Shown: positions 9,550 to 19,838 of the stretch, piece after piece
How the letters are laid out: each line of letters opens with the position of its first letter
How positions within the stretch are numbered: position 1 is the stretch's first letter
Origin: Armatimonadota bacterium
GTDB lineage: Bacteria; Armatimonadota; Zipacnadia; Zipacnadales; UBA5352
DNA: 51,593 bases
Reading direction: 5' to 3'
Assembly (NCBI GenBank): GCA_034722055.1
Contig: JAYENL010000004.1
Span: 1 to 51,593, forward strand
The notes under the pieces: generated by a model
Told to the model about the DNA's origin: nothing
What the model saw: the letters and a program-made list of their open reading frames with translations, nothing else
The model's database searches: none
Position numbers and translations under genes: made by a program

Positions 9550-9764
9550 CGAATCCTACGTGTCAGTGGAATACGCGGGCGGGGCCGCCCGCGCCCCAGT
9601 ACTCACTTGGGTTGCGGGCGCCCTCGCCCGCACCGCCTTCGTCCGCACCGGGCGAGCAGGGAAGCCCGCCCCTCCTGAACGGCTGGGCAACGGCGTGCCT
9701 GTCGTCCCGTGGTGCGGACGCCCTCAACGAAGACCCGGCCTGGGAAGCCGGCGCCCTCGCCGGC
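9550..9764. repeat. REP-like palindrome cluster (inverted doublet) between convergent pyrE and larA-like genes
   Basis: 9550-9605 matches 22685-22740 at 46/56; GCGGGCGCCCTCGCCCGC-type hairpins; 9648-9678 is the reverse complement of a near-identical unit at 14105-14135. Confidence 0.75.
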
Positions 9765-9807
9765 TTGTGGCGCGCAGCGCCACTGACAGGTCCGTCCCTC
9801 AGCCCCG

Positions 9808-11049
9808 TCACCGACAGATGACGCGCCGTCCGTCGTGCAGGCCGATGATGGACGCGTCGGGCCCCACGCGCTGCTCGGCCATCGCCAGCGCGGTGGGCAG
9901 GTCGGGCGCGGCATCGGCGAAGGTCGGCTCGATGTCCTCCGAAAGCTCCGAGACCACGATGAGCTGCGCCCCCAGCTCGTGCACGACCGAGGAGAAGAGG
10001 AAGCCGGTCGAGCAGGGCGCCCACTCCCACTCCACCTCGCCCTCGGCCAGCCGCCGGCGCATCTCCGCGATGATGGCCGCCGGGTCCTCGCCCTCCAGCA
10101 GCCGCCGGAATGGCTCCTCCCCGCCCCATCCGTCCTCGCACTCCCCGACCAGGATGACGGCCCCGCCCTCCCGCACGCACTCCAGTGCCGGCACCAACGT
10201 CTTCTTCGCCTGCACCATGTCGATGTCGTAGGGCCAGCCGCCGGAGGTGCAGATGACGATGTCGGCCCTCTGCTGCACCGTGTGCTCGTAGATGTGGCGC
10301 GATCGCTCGGCGCCGCGGCGATGTGCCTCCACCAGGTCGCCGCACTCGATGGCCGCGAAGCTGTCGTCGGGGTTCACGACCGCGTCGCAGATGAAGTCCA
10401 CCCCCACCGCCTGCGCCGCCTCCGTCATGTCCTCGTGCACCGGGTTGCCCTCCAGCACGCCCAGCTTCCGCCCCTCCGTCAGGATCAGGAAGTGGTTGTG
10501 GGTGATGGACTGGTAGGAGGAGACGCCGGGCAAGATCATCTTGCGGCCCCCCGAGAAGCCCGCGATGTAGCTGGGCTCGATGAAGCCGCAGACGATCCTC
10601 CTGTCGAAGTCGCGAATCAGCGGCGAGACCTCGATGGGCGTCCCGCGCGAGGTCTCGCCCAATTTCCATTGCTCGCCGCGGGAGTCCGGCTGCAGCACCT
10701 CGCTGGTGCCGATGAACTCCTCCAGCTCCGCCTCGGTCATCGCCCGGTGGTTGCCCAGCCCGATGACGATCTCGCAGGTGGCGCCCAGGTCCTCGATGCG
10801 CTCGGCCAGCGGCCACAGCATCGGCGAGGGGTTCGGCCGGGTGAAGTCCACCGTCATCAGCGCCACCCGGTCCCCCGGCCGCACGATCTCCTCGAGCGGA
10901 GGCCCGATCGGGTCGTCCAGGGCTTCCGCCAGCGCGGCTTCGATGTCCTCGATCCCCTTGGGCGAGGGGAGTCGGATCTGCTCGATGACCCGCTGGTCCG
11001 CCACCTCCGCCGTCTGCTCGCCCCGCCCGTACGCGAATCGCAGCTCCAT
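9808..11049 (-). CDS. LarA-family (nickel-pincer-dependent) racemase/epimerase homolog
   Basis: DFTRP, GLGNHR, AGFSGGRKMILPG, HNH, GNPVHEDM, QAKK motifs; the His174 equivalent is Ser. Confidence 0.88.
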   Translation of the reverse strand: MELRFAYGRGEQTAEVADQRVIEQIRLPSPKGIEDIEAALAEALDDPIGPPLEEIVRPGDRVALMTVDFTRPNPSPMLWPLAERIEDLGATCEIVIGLGNHRAMTEAELEEFIGTSEVLQPDSRGEQWKLGETSRGTPIEVSPLIRDFDRRIVCGFIEPSYIAGFSGGRKMILPGVSSYQSITHNHFLILTEGRKLGVLEGNPVHEDMTEAAQAVGVDFICDAVVNPDDSFAAIECGDLVEAHRRGAERSRHIYEHTVQQRADIVICTSGGWPYDIDMVQAKKTLVPALECVREGGAVILVGECEDGWGGEEPFRRLLEGEDPAAIIAEMRRRLAEGEVEWEWAPCSTGFLFSSVVHELGAQLIVVSELSEDIEPTFADAAPDLPTALAMAEQRVGPDASIIGLHDGRRVICR

Positions 11050-11066
11050 GCTCGGCGCCTCCGATC

Positions 11067-11663
11067 CTATCTCGTGCGCTGGGCCAGCTCCTCGACGCTG
11101 ATCAGCGGCATCCCGTGCCGCCTGGCGAACTGCCGCACCTCATCGCCGCGGGCCATGTGCCCCTCGGCGTTCATCAGCTCGCAGATGACCACCACCGGCT
11201 CCAGCCCCGCCATCCTCGCCAGCGCCACCGCGCCCTCGGTGTGGCCCCTGCGCGCCGCCAGCCCACCCGGCGCAGCGGCCAGCGGGAAGATGTGCCCGGG
11301 GCGGGAGAAGTCCTCCGGCCGCGCCCCTGGATCCGCCAGCAGGCGCACCGTCAGGGCCCGGTCGAAGGCCGAGGCGCCGGTGGTAGTGCCCTCCACCGCG
11401 TCCACCGGCTCGGCGAAGCGCGGTGCGTGGGGAAGCGCGTACCGCGGCTGGATGAGCGGGATCTCAAGCCGCTGCAGGGTCTCCTGGGCCACCGCCACGG
11501 CGATCAGCCCCCGGACCTCGGCGGCTATGAAGTTGATGCGCTCGCCGGTGGCGTGCTCGGCGGCCAGCAGCACGTCCGCCTCGTTCTCCCGCTCAGGATG
11601 GTCCTCAAGGACGACGAAGCCCCCAGCTTTGAGGGCCTCGATCGCCTCTTCGATGCTCGACAT
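11067..11663 (-). CDS. ribB: 3,4-dihydroxy-2-butanone-4-phosphate synthase-like protein (stand-alone, divergent)
   Basis: RENEAD, GTTTGASA.DR, RPGHIFPL, RRGHTE, ICE motifs; some active-site residues substituted. Confidence 0.8.
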   Translation of the reverse strand: MSSIEEAIEALKAGGFVVLEDHPERENEADVLLAAEHATGERINFIAAEVRGLIAVAVAQETLQRLEIPLIQPRYALPHAPRFAEPVDAVEGTTTGASAFDRALTVRLLADPGARPEDFSRPGHIFPLAAAPGGLAARRGHTEGAVALARMAGLEPVVVICELMNAEGHMARGDEVRQFARRHGMPLISVEELAQRTR

Positions 11664-11781
11664 AGTCTTGATGGATGCTCCAGGTATTCGAAGCCGCAGC
11701 AGCGGCGATTGTCGTTGTCCAGCCGTTGTCGTTGTGCAGTCGTTTGGAGGGGCCGGTCTCCGTCCCGGCCCGGCCGTTGTC

Positions 11782-12108
11782 TCAGCCCGCGAGCGGCAAC
11801 CTCAGGTTCTCATAGGCTTGCTTAGCTGAAATCCAGCCCGTCGTGCCATCCGGCAGCTTGACGAGATATTTCCAGTCGGGATACTCCCCCTCGCAGCAAG
11901 ACACGAGAATGGTCACGTCCATTCCGGGCTCCATTTGGCCCGCCACCGACCTCAGCTTGCGTGTGCGGTAGACGGGGTGTTCGTGACTGACCGTCACGGT
12001 TATGCCGACCAGGTAGTAGTCCTTCTCAACCTCGGATACCCTGTGCGCCCCATCCAGGCTATACTCCAGTTCGCGCAGCCAGAAGCCCGTCCAGTCACGA
12101 GTCCGCAC
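11782..12108 (-). CDS. Hypothetical protein (possible SH3-like C-terminus)
   Basis: 108-aa ORF co-oriented with neighbours; YLVKLPDGTTGWI resembles bacterial SH3 strands. Confidence 0.5.
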   Translation of the reverse strand: MRTRDWTGFWLRELEYSLDGAHRVSEVEKDYYLVGITVTVSHEHPVYRTRKLRSVAGQMEPGMDVTILVSCCEGEYPDWKYLVKLPDGTTGWISAKQAYENLRLPLAG

Positions 12109-12229
12109 TCGTCCAGGGCTCCTGCTCTGTCCATCCGGTCACCGTCACAGCGAGTGCGAGCCCAACGACCACTACGCAACGCATGGCAATCCTCCCTATC
12201 CGCCCTGCCTCGGCGCGGTTCCCCTCAGC

Positions 12230-12994
12230 TCACAGCCGCCTCAGGTGGGCCTCCATGGCCTCGAGGTCAACGACTGCGTAGTTGCCGCCCTTGAGCGCCC
12301 CGGGGTTGACCACGTGAGTCGAGGCCACCATCTCGTGCCCCGAGGCGTCGTGAGCATGCCCGCAGACCGCCAGCTCCGGCCGATAGGTGTGGATCAGCTC
12401 GTTGACCACCTGGCAGCCCTTGTGGCCGCCGTCGTCGCGGTCCACCACCTCGGCAATGGGCGGGGTGTGCAGGACCATGATGCTGGGGCCCTCAACGAAC
12501 TCCAGGACGTGGAGCTGGTGCAGCGCCTCCCAGCGGGGGTACTGCAGCACGAAGAACTCCTCGCGGTCCGCGTCGGTGATCTCACCGCCCAGCCCGCACA
12601 TGGTCCAGTGATCGCAGCGCGCGACCGACCGGTGCACCACCTCCAGCGGCGAGTCCGCCCCCTCCCCCGCCAGCGAGCAGGTCAGGTACCGGCCCTCCGG
12701 CGCGTCCATGTTCCCCGGCACTCCGAAGACGGGGAAGGGCGAGGGCCGCAGCGTGTTGTGAAACTCCGCGTAGAGCGCGTAGTCCTCAGCACGCTCCTCG
12801 CGGATGGCCTTCTTGCACATGTCCGGCTCCCGGCCCTCGTCCTTGGCCGCCAGGAACTCATCGCCGCGGGCGTGGCCCTTCACGATGTCGCCGCAGAAGA
12901 GCCCGAAGTCGCAGTCCATCTGGGGAGCCATCCGCATCAGCTCCCGCAGGTTGTCCATCTCGCCGTGCACGTCGCTGAAGACGAGCGCCCTCAT
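12230..12994 (-). CDS. Calcineurin-like metallophosphoesterase (Icc-related)
   Basis: SDVHG, GD, PGNMD, HTPP, CGHAH, NPG motifs; ATGA overlap with the EamA gene. Confidence 0.92.
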   Translation of the reverse strand: MRALVFSDVHGEMDNLRELMRMAPQMDCDFGLFCGDIVKGHARGDEFLAAKDEGREPDMCKKAIREERAEDYALYAEFHNTLRPSPFPVFGVPGNMDAPEGRYLTCSLAGEGADSPLEVVHRSVARCDHWTMCGLGGEITDADREEFFVLQYPRWEALHQLHVLEFVEGPSIMVLHTPPIAEVVDRDDGGHKGCQVVNELIHTYRPELAVCGHAHDASGHEMVASTHVVNPGALKGGNYAVVDLEAMEAHLRRL

Positions 12995-13986
12995 CCGGTG
13001 TCACTCCCTACAGGTCCAGCCGCCGGCCGCCGGGGCCGCCTGCGTACCGCCAGATTCAGCCCCACCAGCGTCACGCCGATGCCCACTATCTGTACCACCG
13101 TGGGCACTTCGTGCAGCAGCAGATACGCCAGAAACGTGGCTACGATGGGCACACAATACTGGAACAGCACGGTACGCGATGAGCCGATCGCCGCCACACC
13201 CCGGTACCATACCACAAAGCCGTAGACTCCTGCCAGCAGGGAGAAGTGAAACAAGCACGCCCAGGTCATGGGCCCCAGATGCCACCAGTCCACCGCCAGG
13301 GCGTCCCTGGCACCCAGCGGAATCAGCCCGAAGGCCCCGATGAAGTGCACCCATGTGGTGACCTTCAGTGGCGAGTAGTGCCTCAGCAGCGGCCTGGAGA
13401 ACACCGCGTAGCTGGCCCACAGAATCCCCGCCAGCGTCATGATGGCCAGCCCGAAGACGTGATGCTCCGGCACCCTCTGGGCCTCCGGCCCGCCCAGGAT
13501 GACCGCCGCGATGCCCGCGAAGCCCAGCAGCGTTCCCATGGCCTGCCGCAGCGTCAGCCGCTCCCAGCCCAGCGCCCGATTGATGAGCATCGCCCAGATG
13601 GGGGCGGTGGAGATCAGCAGCGCCCCCTCCGCGGCCAGGGTGTAGAAGACCCCGGCGGCAAAGCACACCTGATAGATGACAACGGTCACCAGCGCGAAGC
13701 CCAGGAAGTAGCGGAGGTGCTCGCGGCGGATCGACAGATCCCGCTCCAGCGCCCACAGCGTAACGAACAGCGCCAGGACCATCACCACATAGCGGCTCGA
13801 CAGCAGGCCGATGACCGTGAAGTCCTGCTTGAGGACCTTCAGCGATATGAAGTTGAACCCCCAGGTGAGGGGGACGGTAGCCAGCAGGGCGTAGACCCAG
13901 GGTGATGCCCTGCGTGCCTGCTCGCTCTGCTGCTGTGCCGTGGGTATCTCCGCCATCAGCTCCACGTCGCCTGTCCTGCCGTCCAC
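12991..13986 (-). CDS. DMT/EamA family transporter
   Basis: ~10 hydrophobic helices in two repeats; WG.NF, P.W, WA.Y, LLHE motifs. Confidence 0.92.
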   Translation of the reverse strand: MDGRTGDVELMAEIPTAQQQSEQARRASPWVYALLATVPLTWGFNFISLKVLKQDFTVIGLLSSRYVVMVLALFVTLWALERDLSIRREHLRYFLGFALVTVVIYQVCFAAGVFYTLAAEGALLISTAPIWAMLINRALGWERLTLRQAMGTLLGFAGIAAVILGGPEAQRVPEHHVFGLAIMTLAGILWASYAVFSRPLLRHYSPLKVTTWVHFIGAFGLIPLGARDALAVDWWHLGPMTWACLFHFSLLAGVYGFVVWYRGVAAIGSSRTVLFQYCVPIVATFLAYLLLHEVPTVVQIVGIGVTLVGLNLAVRRRPRRPAAGPVGSDTG

Positions 13987-14006
13987 CCGCGATGCTCGGA
14001 CCGCCG

Positions 14007-14036
14007 ATTATAGCGTCCGCGGCCAGGAGCAGTCAA
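14007..14036 (-). promoter_or_regulatory. Sigma70-type promoter for the EamA operon
   Basis: TTGACT-18 bp-TATAAT on the minus strand. Confidence 0.65.
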
Positions 14037-14104
14037 CGCGCCGTGGCGTGAAGCTGCAAATTCCTGGAGTCGGCGGAAGGCGCCGGCGAGGGCAAGGGGC
14101 GGTC

Positions 14105-14362
14105 GTCAGGAGGGGCGGGCTTCCTTGCCCGCCCGGACGTTGTCGCTGCTCGCTGAGCTCACGCACCAACGGCGCACGGACAGGAGTGTCCGTGCCACGG
14201 AACGTCGCAACGACGCGCCGGCGGGGGCGCCCGCCTCCCATAGTTGCAAACGCATCGCCCGCAGGGCGATTGTTGTCCCGGGCCTTCCGGCCTGCTTGGG
14301 GGATAGGCACGCCCGACCTCCGCAGGGCATGGCAACGACAGCGGGCTGGCAGCCCGCCCTCC
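14105..14362. repeat. Cluster of REP-like palindromes in the divergent intergenic region
   Basis: GGAGGGGCGGGCTTCCTTGCCCGCCC, GCACGGACAGGAGTGTCCGTGCCAC, ATCGCCC-gca-GGGCGAT, GCGGGCTGGCAGCCCGCCCTCC. Confidence 0.7.
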
Positions 14363-14365
14363 GGC

Positions 14366-14395
14366 TTGACCGGGAGGGACGCCACCACGTACAAT
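14366..14395 (+). promoter_or_regulatory. Sigma70-type promoter for the UroD-family gene
   Basis: TTGACC-18 bp-TACAAT. Confidence 0.65.
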
Positions 14396-14440
14396 CCCGA
14401 CGCTGAAGCATTCCCGCGGGGAGGGAACGGGCCGAGAGCC

Positions 14441-15595
14441 ATGACCTCGCGTGAGCGCGTTCTGGCGGCACTGAGCCACTCCGAGCCGGACCGTGTCCCC
14501 TACGATCAGGGGACCACCTTCGTGACCGGCATCCACCGCATCGCCTACGACGGCCTCCTGCAGGCGCTGGGCATGACGGACCTGCAGCAGCACCCGCTGC
14601 TGGACCCCATCCAGCAGCTTTCCATGCCCCATGAACAGGTCCTGCGGACCCTGGGCGTGGACACCCGGTCGGTGCTGCTGAAGCTGCCGGGGCGGGAACT
14701 CCAGGTCGCCAGGGAGGACGAGGGCTATCTCTACGCCACCGACGACTGGGGCATCACCTGGCGAATGCCCAAGGACGGCGGGCTCTACTACGACATGTGC
14801 GAGCATCCGCTCGCCGGCGCCGAGACCGTGGAGGAGGTCGAGGCCCACGACTGGCCGCATCCGCTGGAGAGCATGGACCTGGATGCCATCGAGGGCGCCT
14901 GCCGGAAGATCAAGACCTCCGGCGACTACCCGATCATCGTGGGCGGCTTCGGCTCCGGCATGTTGGAGCTGACGCTGTGGCTGCAGGGCTTCGACCAGGG
15001 CTACATGAATCTCATAATCAACAAACCTGTGACGGAAGCCATACTGGAGCGGGTCACGGAGCTGAAGATCACCTACGCCGAGGCCCTGCTTGCCCGCGTC
15101 GGGCCCTACGTGGACATCTTCTATAATGGCGATGACCTGGGGCTGCAGGAGGCCCCCATGATCCGCCGCGAGTGGTTCCGAGAGCTGCTGATGCCCTGCT
15201 ACACCCGCTATCACGAGGCCGTCAAGCGCGCCGCGCCGCACGCTAAGATGTTCTTCCACACCTGCGGGTCGGTCTTCGACCTGCTGCCGGACGTGATCGA
15301 GACCGGCATCGACATCCTCAATCCCGTGCAGGTGAGCGCGGCAGACATGGGGGATACTGCCAGGCTCAAGCGGCGCTTCGGCGACACCATCAGCTTCTGG
15401 GGCGGGATCGACACCCAGCAGGTGCTGCCCAACGGGTCGCCGCAGGACGTCAGGGACGAGGTCCGCCGCCGCATCGACGATCTGGCTCCGGGCGGTGGTT
15501 ACATCATGAACACGGTGCACAACATCCAGGCCGACGTCCCGGCCGAGAACATTCTGGCCATGGCTGAGGCCCTGGACGAGTACGGGTGGTACTGA
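14441..15595 (+). CDS. Uroporphyrinogen decarboxylase / MtaA-CmuA-like family protein
   Basis: MTSRERV..AL...EPDRVP N-terminus; GDDLG.Q, FHTCG, LNPVQ, FWGGID.Q, HNIQ motifs. Confidence 0.9.
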   Translation: MTSRERVLAALSHSEPDRVPYDQGTTFVTGIHRIAYDGLLQALGMTDLQQHPLLDPIQQLSMPHEQVLRTLGVDTRSVLLKLPGRELQVAREDEGYLYATDDWGITWRMPKDGGLYYDMCEHPLAGAETVEEVEAHDWPHPLESMDLDAIEGACRKIKTSGDYPIIVGGFGSGMLELTLWLQGFDQGYMNLIINKPVTEAILERVTELKITYAEALLARVGPYVDIFYNGDDLGLQEAPMIRREWFRELLMPCYTRYHEAVKRAAPHAKMFFHTCGSVFDLLPDVIETGIDILNPVQVSAADMGDTARLKRRFGDTISFWGGIDTQQVLPNGSPQDVRDEVRRRIDDLAPGGGYIMNTVHNIQADVPAENILAMAEALDEYGWY

Positions 15596-15787
15596 GGGCG
15601 GGACCGGCCGCCGGACATGCGCCGTGCGGCCCGCGATGCATCGCGCTTGCATCGGCATTGTCGATCGGCTGGCCGTGTGCTCGGAGGCCTGCACGAGATG
15701 GTGGCCGCCTGCGCCGTAGGCGACGGGCCTGTGAGTGATTCCTCAGCGCCCCGCGGAGGGCGGCAGCGCTGTTGAGGAGGAGAGAAC

Positions 15788-17557
15788 GTGGGTAGTGCAC
15801 TTCCCCTGATCGACCGAGAGCGGGACGCCAGGGAGCTGGGTGATCGCGAGGAGGCGATCGCCTACTTCTCCATGGAGATCGGCCTCAACGCCGACATTCC
15901 CACCTATGCTGGGGGCCTGGGGGTGCTGGCCGGCGACACCCTCCGCGCGGCCGCCGACCTGGGCATGCCCATGATCGCCGTCACGCTGCTGTACCGCAAC
16001 GGCTACTTCCAGCAGCACCTGGACTCCAAGGGCAACCAGACGGAGACGCCCGTGAGCTGGAGCCCCGAGGAGATCCTCGCCCCCGTCTCCGAGCGGGTGA
16101 CCGTGGACTTGGAGGGCCGGACGGTGCACCTCCGCGCCTGGCGCTACACCGTCGAGGGCGTCTTCGGCGACTACGTCAACGTCCTGTTCCTCGACACCGA
16201 TCTGCCCGAGAACAGCGCCTGGGACCGAACCCTCACCGATGACCTCTATGGTGGTGACCGCCGCTACCGGCTGTGCCAGGAGGCGCTGCTGGGCCTTGGC
16301 GGCGTGGAGCTTCTCCACGCCCTTGGGCTGGACGGCCACCTCATCTACCACATGAACGAGGGCCACTCGGCGCTGTTGGCGCTGGGACTCCTGGAGCGGC
16401 GGCTGGGCGAGAAGGGCCCGGAGACCGTCGCTGATGGGGACATCGAGGCGGTGCGGAGCAAGTGCGTGTTCACCACGCACACCCCGGTGCCGGCGGGGCA
16501 CGACAAGTTCGCCTGGGAGCTGGTCACGCGTGTGCTGGGCGCCCGGCGGGCCAGGACGCTGGAGGCCATCGGCACCAAGCGGGACTCCATGCTCAATATG
16601 ACCTACCTCGCGCTGCGCTTCTCGAGGCATATCAACGGCGTCGCGCTGCGGCACGGGGAGATCTCCGCGGACATGTTCCCCGGCTACCCGATTGACTCTA
16701 TCACCAACGGGGCCTCTGTCGCCATGTGGACCTCTCAGCCCTTCGCCGAGCTGTTCGACCGGCACATCCCACAGTGGCGGCGCGACAACCAGTATCTCCG
16801 CTATGCCCTCGCAATCCCGCTGCAGGAGATCGCCGACGCCCACACGGCGGCCAAGCAGTCGATGCTGGCGATGGTTCACGAGTGCACCGGTCGGGAGCTT
16901 GATCCCGAGGTCCTTACGCTCGGGTTTGCCCGCCGCGCCACCGAGTACAAGCGTGCCGACCTGCTTTTCGCCGACATCGAGCGCCTCAAACGCATCGCCA
17001 GGAAGGCCGGCAAGCTACAGGTTCTCTATGCCGGGAAGGCCCATCCGCGCGACGAGGGCGGGAAGCAGATGATCCGCCGCGTCTACCGGGCGGCCGAGCA
17101 GCTCCGAGACGACATCCCGGTCGTCTACCTGGAGGACTACGACATCGACCTCGCCAAGCATCTGGTCTCCGGCGTGGACGTGTGGCTGAACACGCCTCTC
17201 AAGCCCCATGAGGCCTCGGGAACCAGCGGGATGAAGGCCGCCTACAACGGCATTCCCAGCCTCAGCGTGCTGGATGGCTGGTGGCTGGAGGGGCACATCC
17301 AGGGGGTCACCGGCTGGGCCATCGGCGACCGCGACAAGACCTCCGAGCCCCCGCAGGAGCGCGCCGACCTCTACGACACACTCCAGCACACCATCATGCC
17401 GCTTTACTACGATCGCCCGCTGGAGTTCGCGCGTGTCGGCCGCTACTGCATCGCCTTCAACGGCTCGTTCTTCAACACCCAGCGGATGGTGTCTCAGTAC
17501 TGGAAGAGCGCCTACCACCGCGTCATCGCCGACGGGCAGGACGAGACGGAGAAGTGA
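15788..17557 (+). CDS. glgP: Alpha-glucan (glycogen/maltodextrin) phosphorylase, compact form
   Basis: [52 protein letters not shown] (PLP lysine). Confidence 0.95.
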   Translation: MGSALPLIDRERDARELGDREEAIAYFSMEIGLNADIPTYAGGLGVLAGDTLRAAADLGMPMIAVTLLYRNGYFQQHLDSKGNQTETPVSWSPEEILAPVSERVTVDLEGRTVHLRAWRYTVEGVFGDYVNVLFLDTDLPENSAWDRTLTDDLYGGDRRYRLCQEALLGLGGVELLHALGLDGHLIYHMNEGHSALLALGLLERRLGEKGPETVADGDIEAVRSKCVFTTHTPVPAGHDKFAWELVTRVLGARRARTLEAIGTKRDSMLNMTYLALRFSRHINGVALRHGEISADMFPGYPIDSITNGASVAMWTSQPFAELFDRHIPQWRRDNQYLRYALAIPLQEIADAHTAAKQSMLAMVHECTGRELDPEVLTLGFARRATEYKRADLLFADIERLKRIARKAGKLQVLYAGKAHPRDEGGKQMIRRVYRAAEQLRDDIPVVYLEDYDIDLAKHLVSGVDVWLNTPLKPHEASGTSGMKAAYNGIPSLSVLDGWWLEGHIQGVTGWAIGDRDKTSEPPQERADLYDTLQHTIMPLYYDRPLEFARVGRYCIAFNGSFFNTQRMVSQYWKSAYHRVIADGQDETEK

Positions 17558-17761
17558 TAGCGGCAGCCACAAGCCACAGGCCCCAAGCTGCACGCGTGCG
17601 ACGACGGCACGGGCGGTAGGCTGAGAGCCGAGGGCGATGCCTCTATGCCGGAGGGATCGGCGGCGTGCCCACGCCGCCAGCCGTAGACGCTTGCCCGTCG
17701 TTATTGCCGTATGGGGGCCCGGACCACCGTCCGGCCCGCCGTTGCCCGTCGGTCGCCCGAG

Positions 17762-18757
17762 TCAGACGTACACGAACGGATTCCCGGAGGCGCTCTTCTG
17801 CGCTGAGAGCATGGCGTGGGTGGCCTGGTCGATCAGCTCCTGGGGGCAGAGAGGCTCCACCCCCAGCCCGCTGACCCCGATGTCGATGCTCCACCCCCCC
17901 AGTGCCTCCGAGGCCTGCAGCGCCTCGCCCACCTGGCTGGCCGCCATCAGCCCCCTGCGCGGGCTGGTGCACGGCAGCAGAGCCGCAAGGCGGTGCGAAT
18001 CCAGCCGGGCCACCACGTCGGCCTCCCGCAGCTCCTCGAGCATCAGCTCACCGGTGGTCGCCAGGACGGCCGGCGAGGGCCGCTGGTCCGCCATGATGGC
18101 GGCGGACGGCCGCAGTTGCAGCAGGATGACGCTGAGCTCCGCGACCTGTCGCTGATGTCGCGCCAGCTCCTTGCGCAGCGCCTCCTCGAAGAACTGGCGG
18201 GTGTATGCCCCGCTGATAGGATCGATCACTCCCGGCTGCGGTCGCTGTCCGTCCGCAAAGCTCGCCAGCAGCCAGGCGCCCACCTCCAGCACCTCCTCGG
18301 CCTGCCGCCAGCGGCCCAGTGTCAGGCCGCTGGACCGCGTGGCCGCAGCACGCATCACCGCCACCACGTCCGGGCCCCGCCGGGTGAGATGATCGCGATA
18401 GGCCGCCGACAGGTCCGAGAGCACCTCCGCGCTCATATCGGCGCAGGAGATGCTGGCGGCCTGCGCGGCTCCCGCCAGCTCCAGCGGCGCGCCCGCGTGG
18501 GCGGAGACCTGCTCCACCATCGACTCCGCCACGGCCAGCGCCACCGGGGGGATGATCGGGCGGGGGCCGTGCACGAACAGCTCAGGGGCGTCGCCGAGGG
18601 TCAGCGCTCCCCACATGTCGATCTCCGGCGGGGCCAGGGAGTCCGCCCGACGGAGCAGCTCCAGCACGTCGGCGGCCCCGGCCAGCCGATCCATGACGTC
18701 CTCTCCAGACTCAGGCAGCGGGCACTCATCCCGCAGATACTCCATGGGATAGCTCAT
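17762..18757 (-). CDS. Degenerate GGDEF-domain protein
   Basis: DPISG.Y.R..F, LSVILL, READVVARL-DSHRL (GGDEF replaced, RxxD retained), SIDIGVS, A..AM..A.K; GAGGTG RBS. Confidence 0.8.
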   Translation of the reverse strand: MSYPMEYLRDECPLPESGEDVMDRLAGAADVLELLRRADSLAPPEIDMWGALTLGDAPELFVHGPRPIIPPVALAVAESMVEQVSAHAGAPLELAGAAQAASISCADMSAEVLSDLSAAYRDHLTRRGPDVVAVMRAAATRSSGLTLGRWRQAEEVLEVGAWLLASFADGQRPQPGVIDPISGAYTRQFFEEALRKELARHQRQVAELSVILLQLRPSAAIMADQRPSPAVLATTGELMLEELREADVVARLDSHRLAALLPCTSPRRGLMAASQVGEALQASEALGGWSIDIGVSGLGVEPLCPQELIDQATHAMLSAQKSASGNPFVYV

Positions 18758-18992
18758 CTGTGCGCACCTCGATTCACTGACCGGAACGCATGGCGTTCCA
18801 GGTGACCCCGTGTGACCGTTCTCATCATCGGTCGCGCCCCTCACCCCCTTGACGGCTTTGCCGGGTCGTTACGCGCCTTTTGACATCCTACCCGGGCAGG
18901 AATCGGAGCCCATCGACGCGAAGCTATGCGGGCGGCGGGGACATGGCGTCCCCGTCGGGTATGCCAACTTCCCACAAGTGAGGCGGAAGACC

Positions 18993-19817
18993 ATGGTCAA
19001 GTCCATCAGCTTCTGGTCCTTCCCGGAGGGCACTGATATCGAGGGCTGCATGAAGATGGCCAAGCGGTACGGCTTCGAGGGCATCGAGCTGACGGTGGAG
19101 GCCGAGGGCGAGATCACCGCCGACTCCAGCCCCGCCGACATGGCCCGGTTCGTGGACATGGCCGGCGACATCGGCCTACAGTTGCGCACCCTTGCCACGG
19201 GCCTGGGCTGGGATTTCCCCTGCTGCGGCCCCGATCCGGACGTGGCCAGCAAGGGGCAGGATATCGTCCGCACCTGCCTGGAGCTGGCCGACGCGCTGGG
19301 CGCCGAGACCATCCTGGTGGTGCCCTGCACCGTCACCGCGGACTATCCCTACGACCGGGCCTACGATGACGTGGTGCAGACCTTCAAGAACCTGGGCGAC
19401 GAGGCCGCGGACGTCGGCGTCTGCATCGGCCTGGAGTACGTCTGGAACAAGTTCCTGCTCAGCCCCCTGGAGTTCGCCCGCATTATCGACGAGATCGACA
19501 GGGAGTACGTGCAGGCCTACTTCGATGTCGGCAACGTCATCCCCAACGGCTTCCCCGACCAGTGGATCCGGATTCTGGGCGAGCGCATCGAGGCCGTCCA
19601 CGTCAAGGACTTCCGGGAGAGCATCGGCACCGGCAGCTTCGACGGCTTCGTGGACCTGCTGGAGGGCGATGTGGCCTGGGACGCGGTGATGGACGCCCTC
19701 GGCGAGATCGGCTACGACGGCCCGATCACCGCCGAGATGATGCCCCCCTATCCCTACCACCCCGAGCGCCTCATCGAGGCCACCAGCCGCTCGATGGACG
19801 CCATCCTGGGCCGCTGA
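18993..19817 (+). CDS. Sugar phosphate isomerase/epimerase (xylose-isomerase-like TIM barrel)
   Basis: GFEGIEL, LEYVWNKFLLSPLE, YFDVGN, VHVKDF, E motifs. Confidence 0.9.
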   Translation: MVKSISFWSFPEGTDIEGCMKMAKRYGFEGIELTVEAEGEITADSSPADMARFVDMAGDIGLQLRTLATGLGWDFPCCGPDPDVASKGQDIVRTCLELADALGAETILVVPCTVTADYPYDRAYDDVVQTFKNLGDEAADVGVCIGLEYVWNKFLLSPLEFARIIDEIDREYVQAYFDVGNVIPNGFPDQWIRILGERIEAVHVKDFRESIGTGSFDGFVDLLEGDVAWDAVMDALGEIGYDGPITAEMMPPYPYHPERLIEATSRSMDAILGR

Positions 19818-19838
19818 CACCGAATGGGAGGGACACGT

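Noticed and set aside
9561..9788. MITE bounded by TGTCAGTGG/CCACTGACA
   Set aside because: Only a 9-bp IR, no target duplication, and the homologous copy at 22.7 kb does not preserve it
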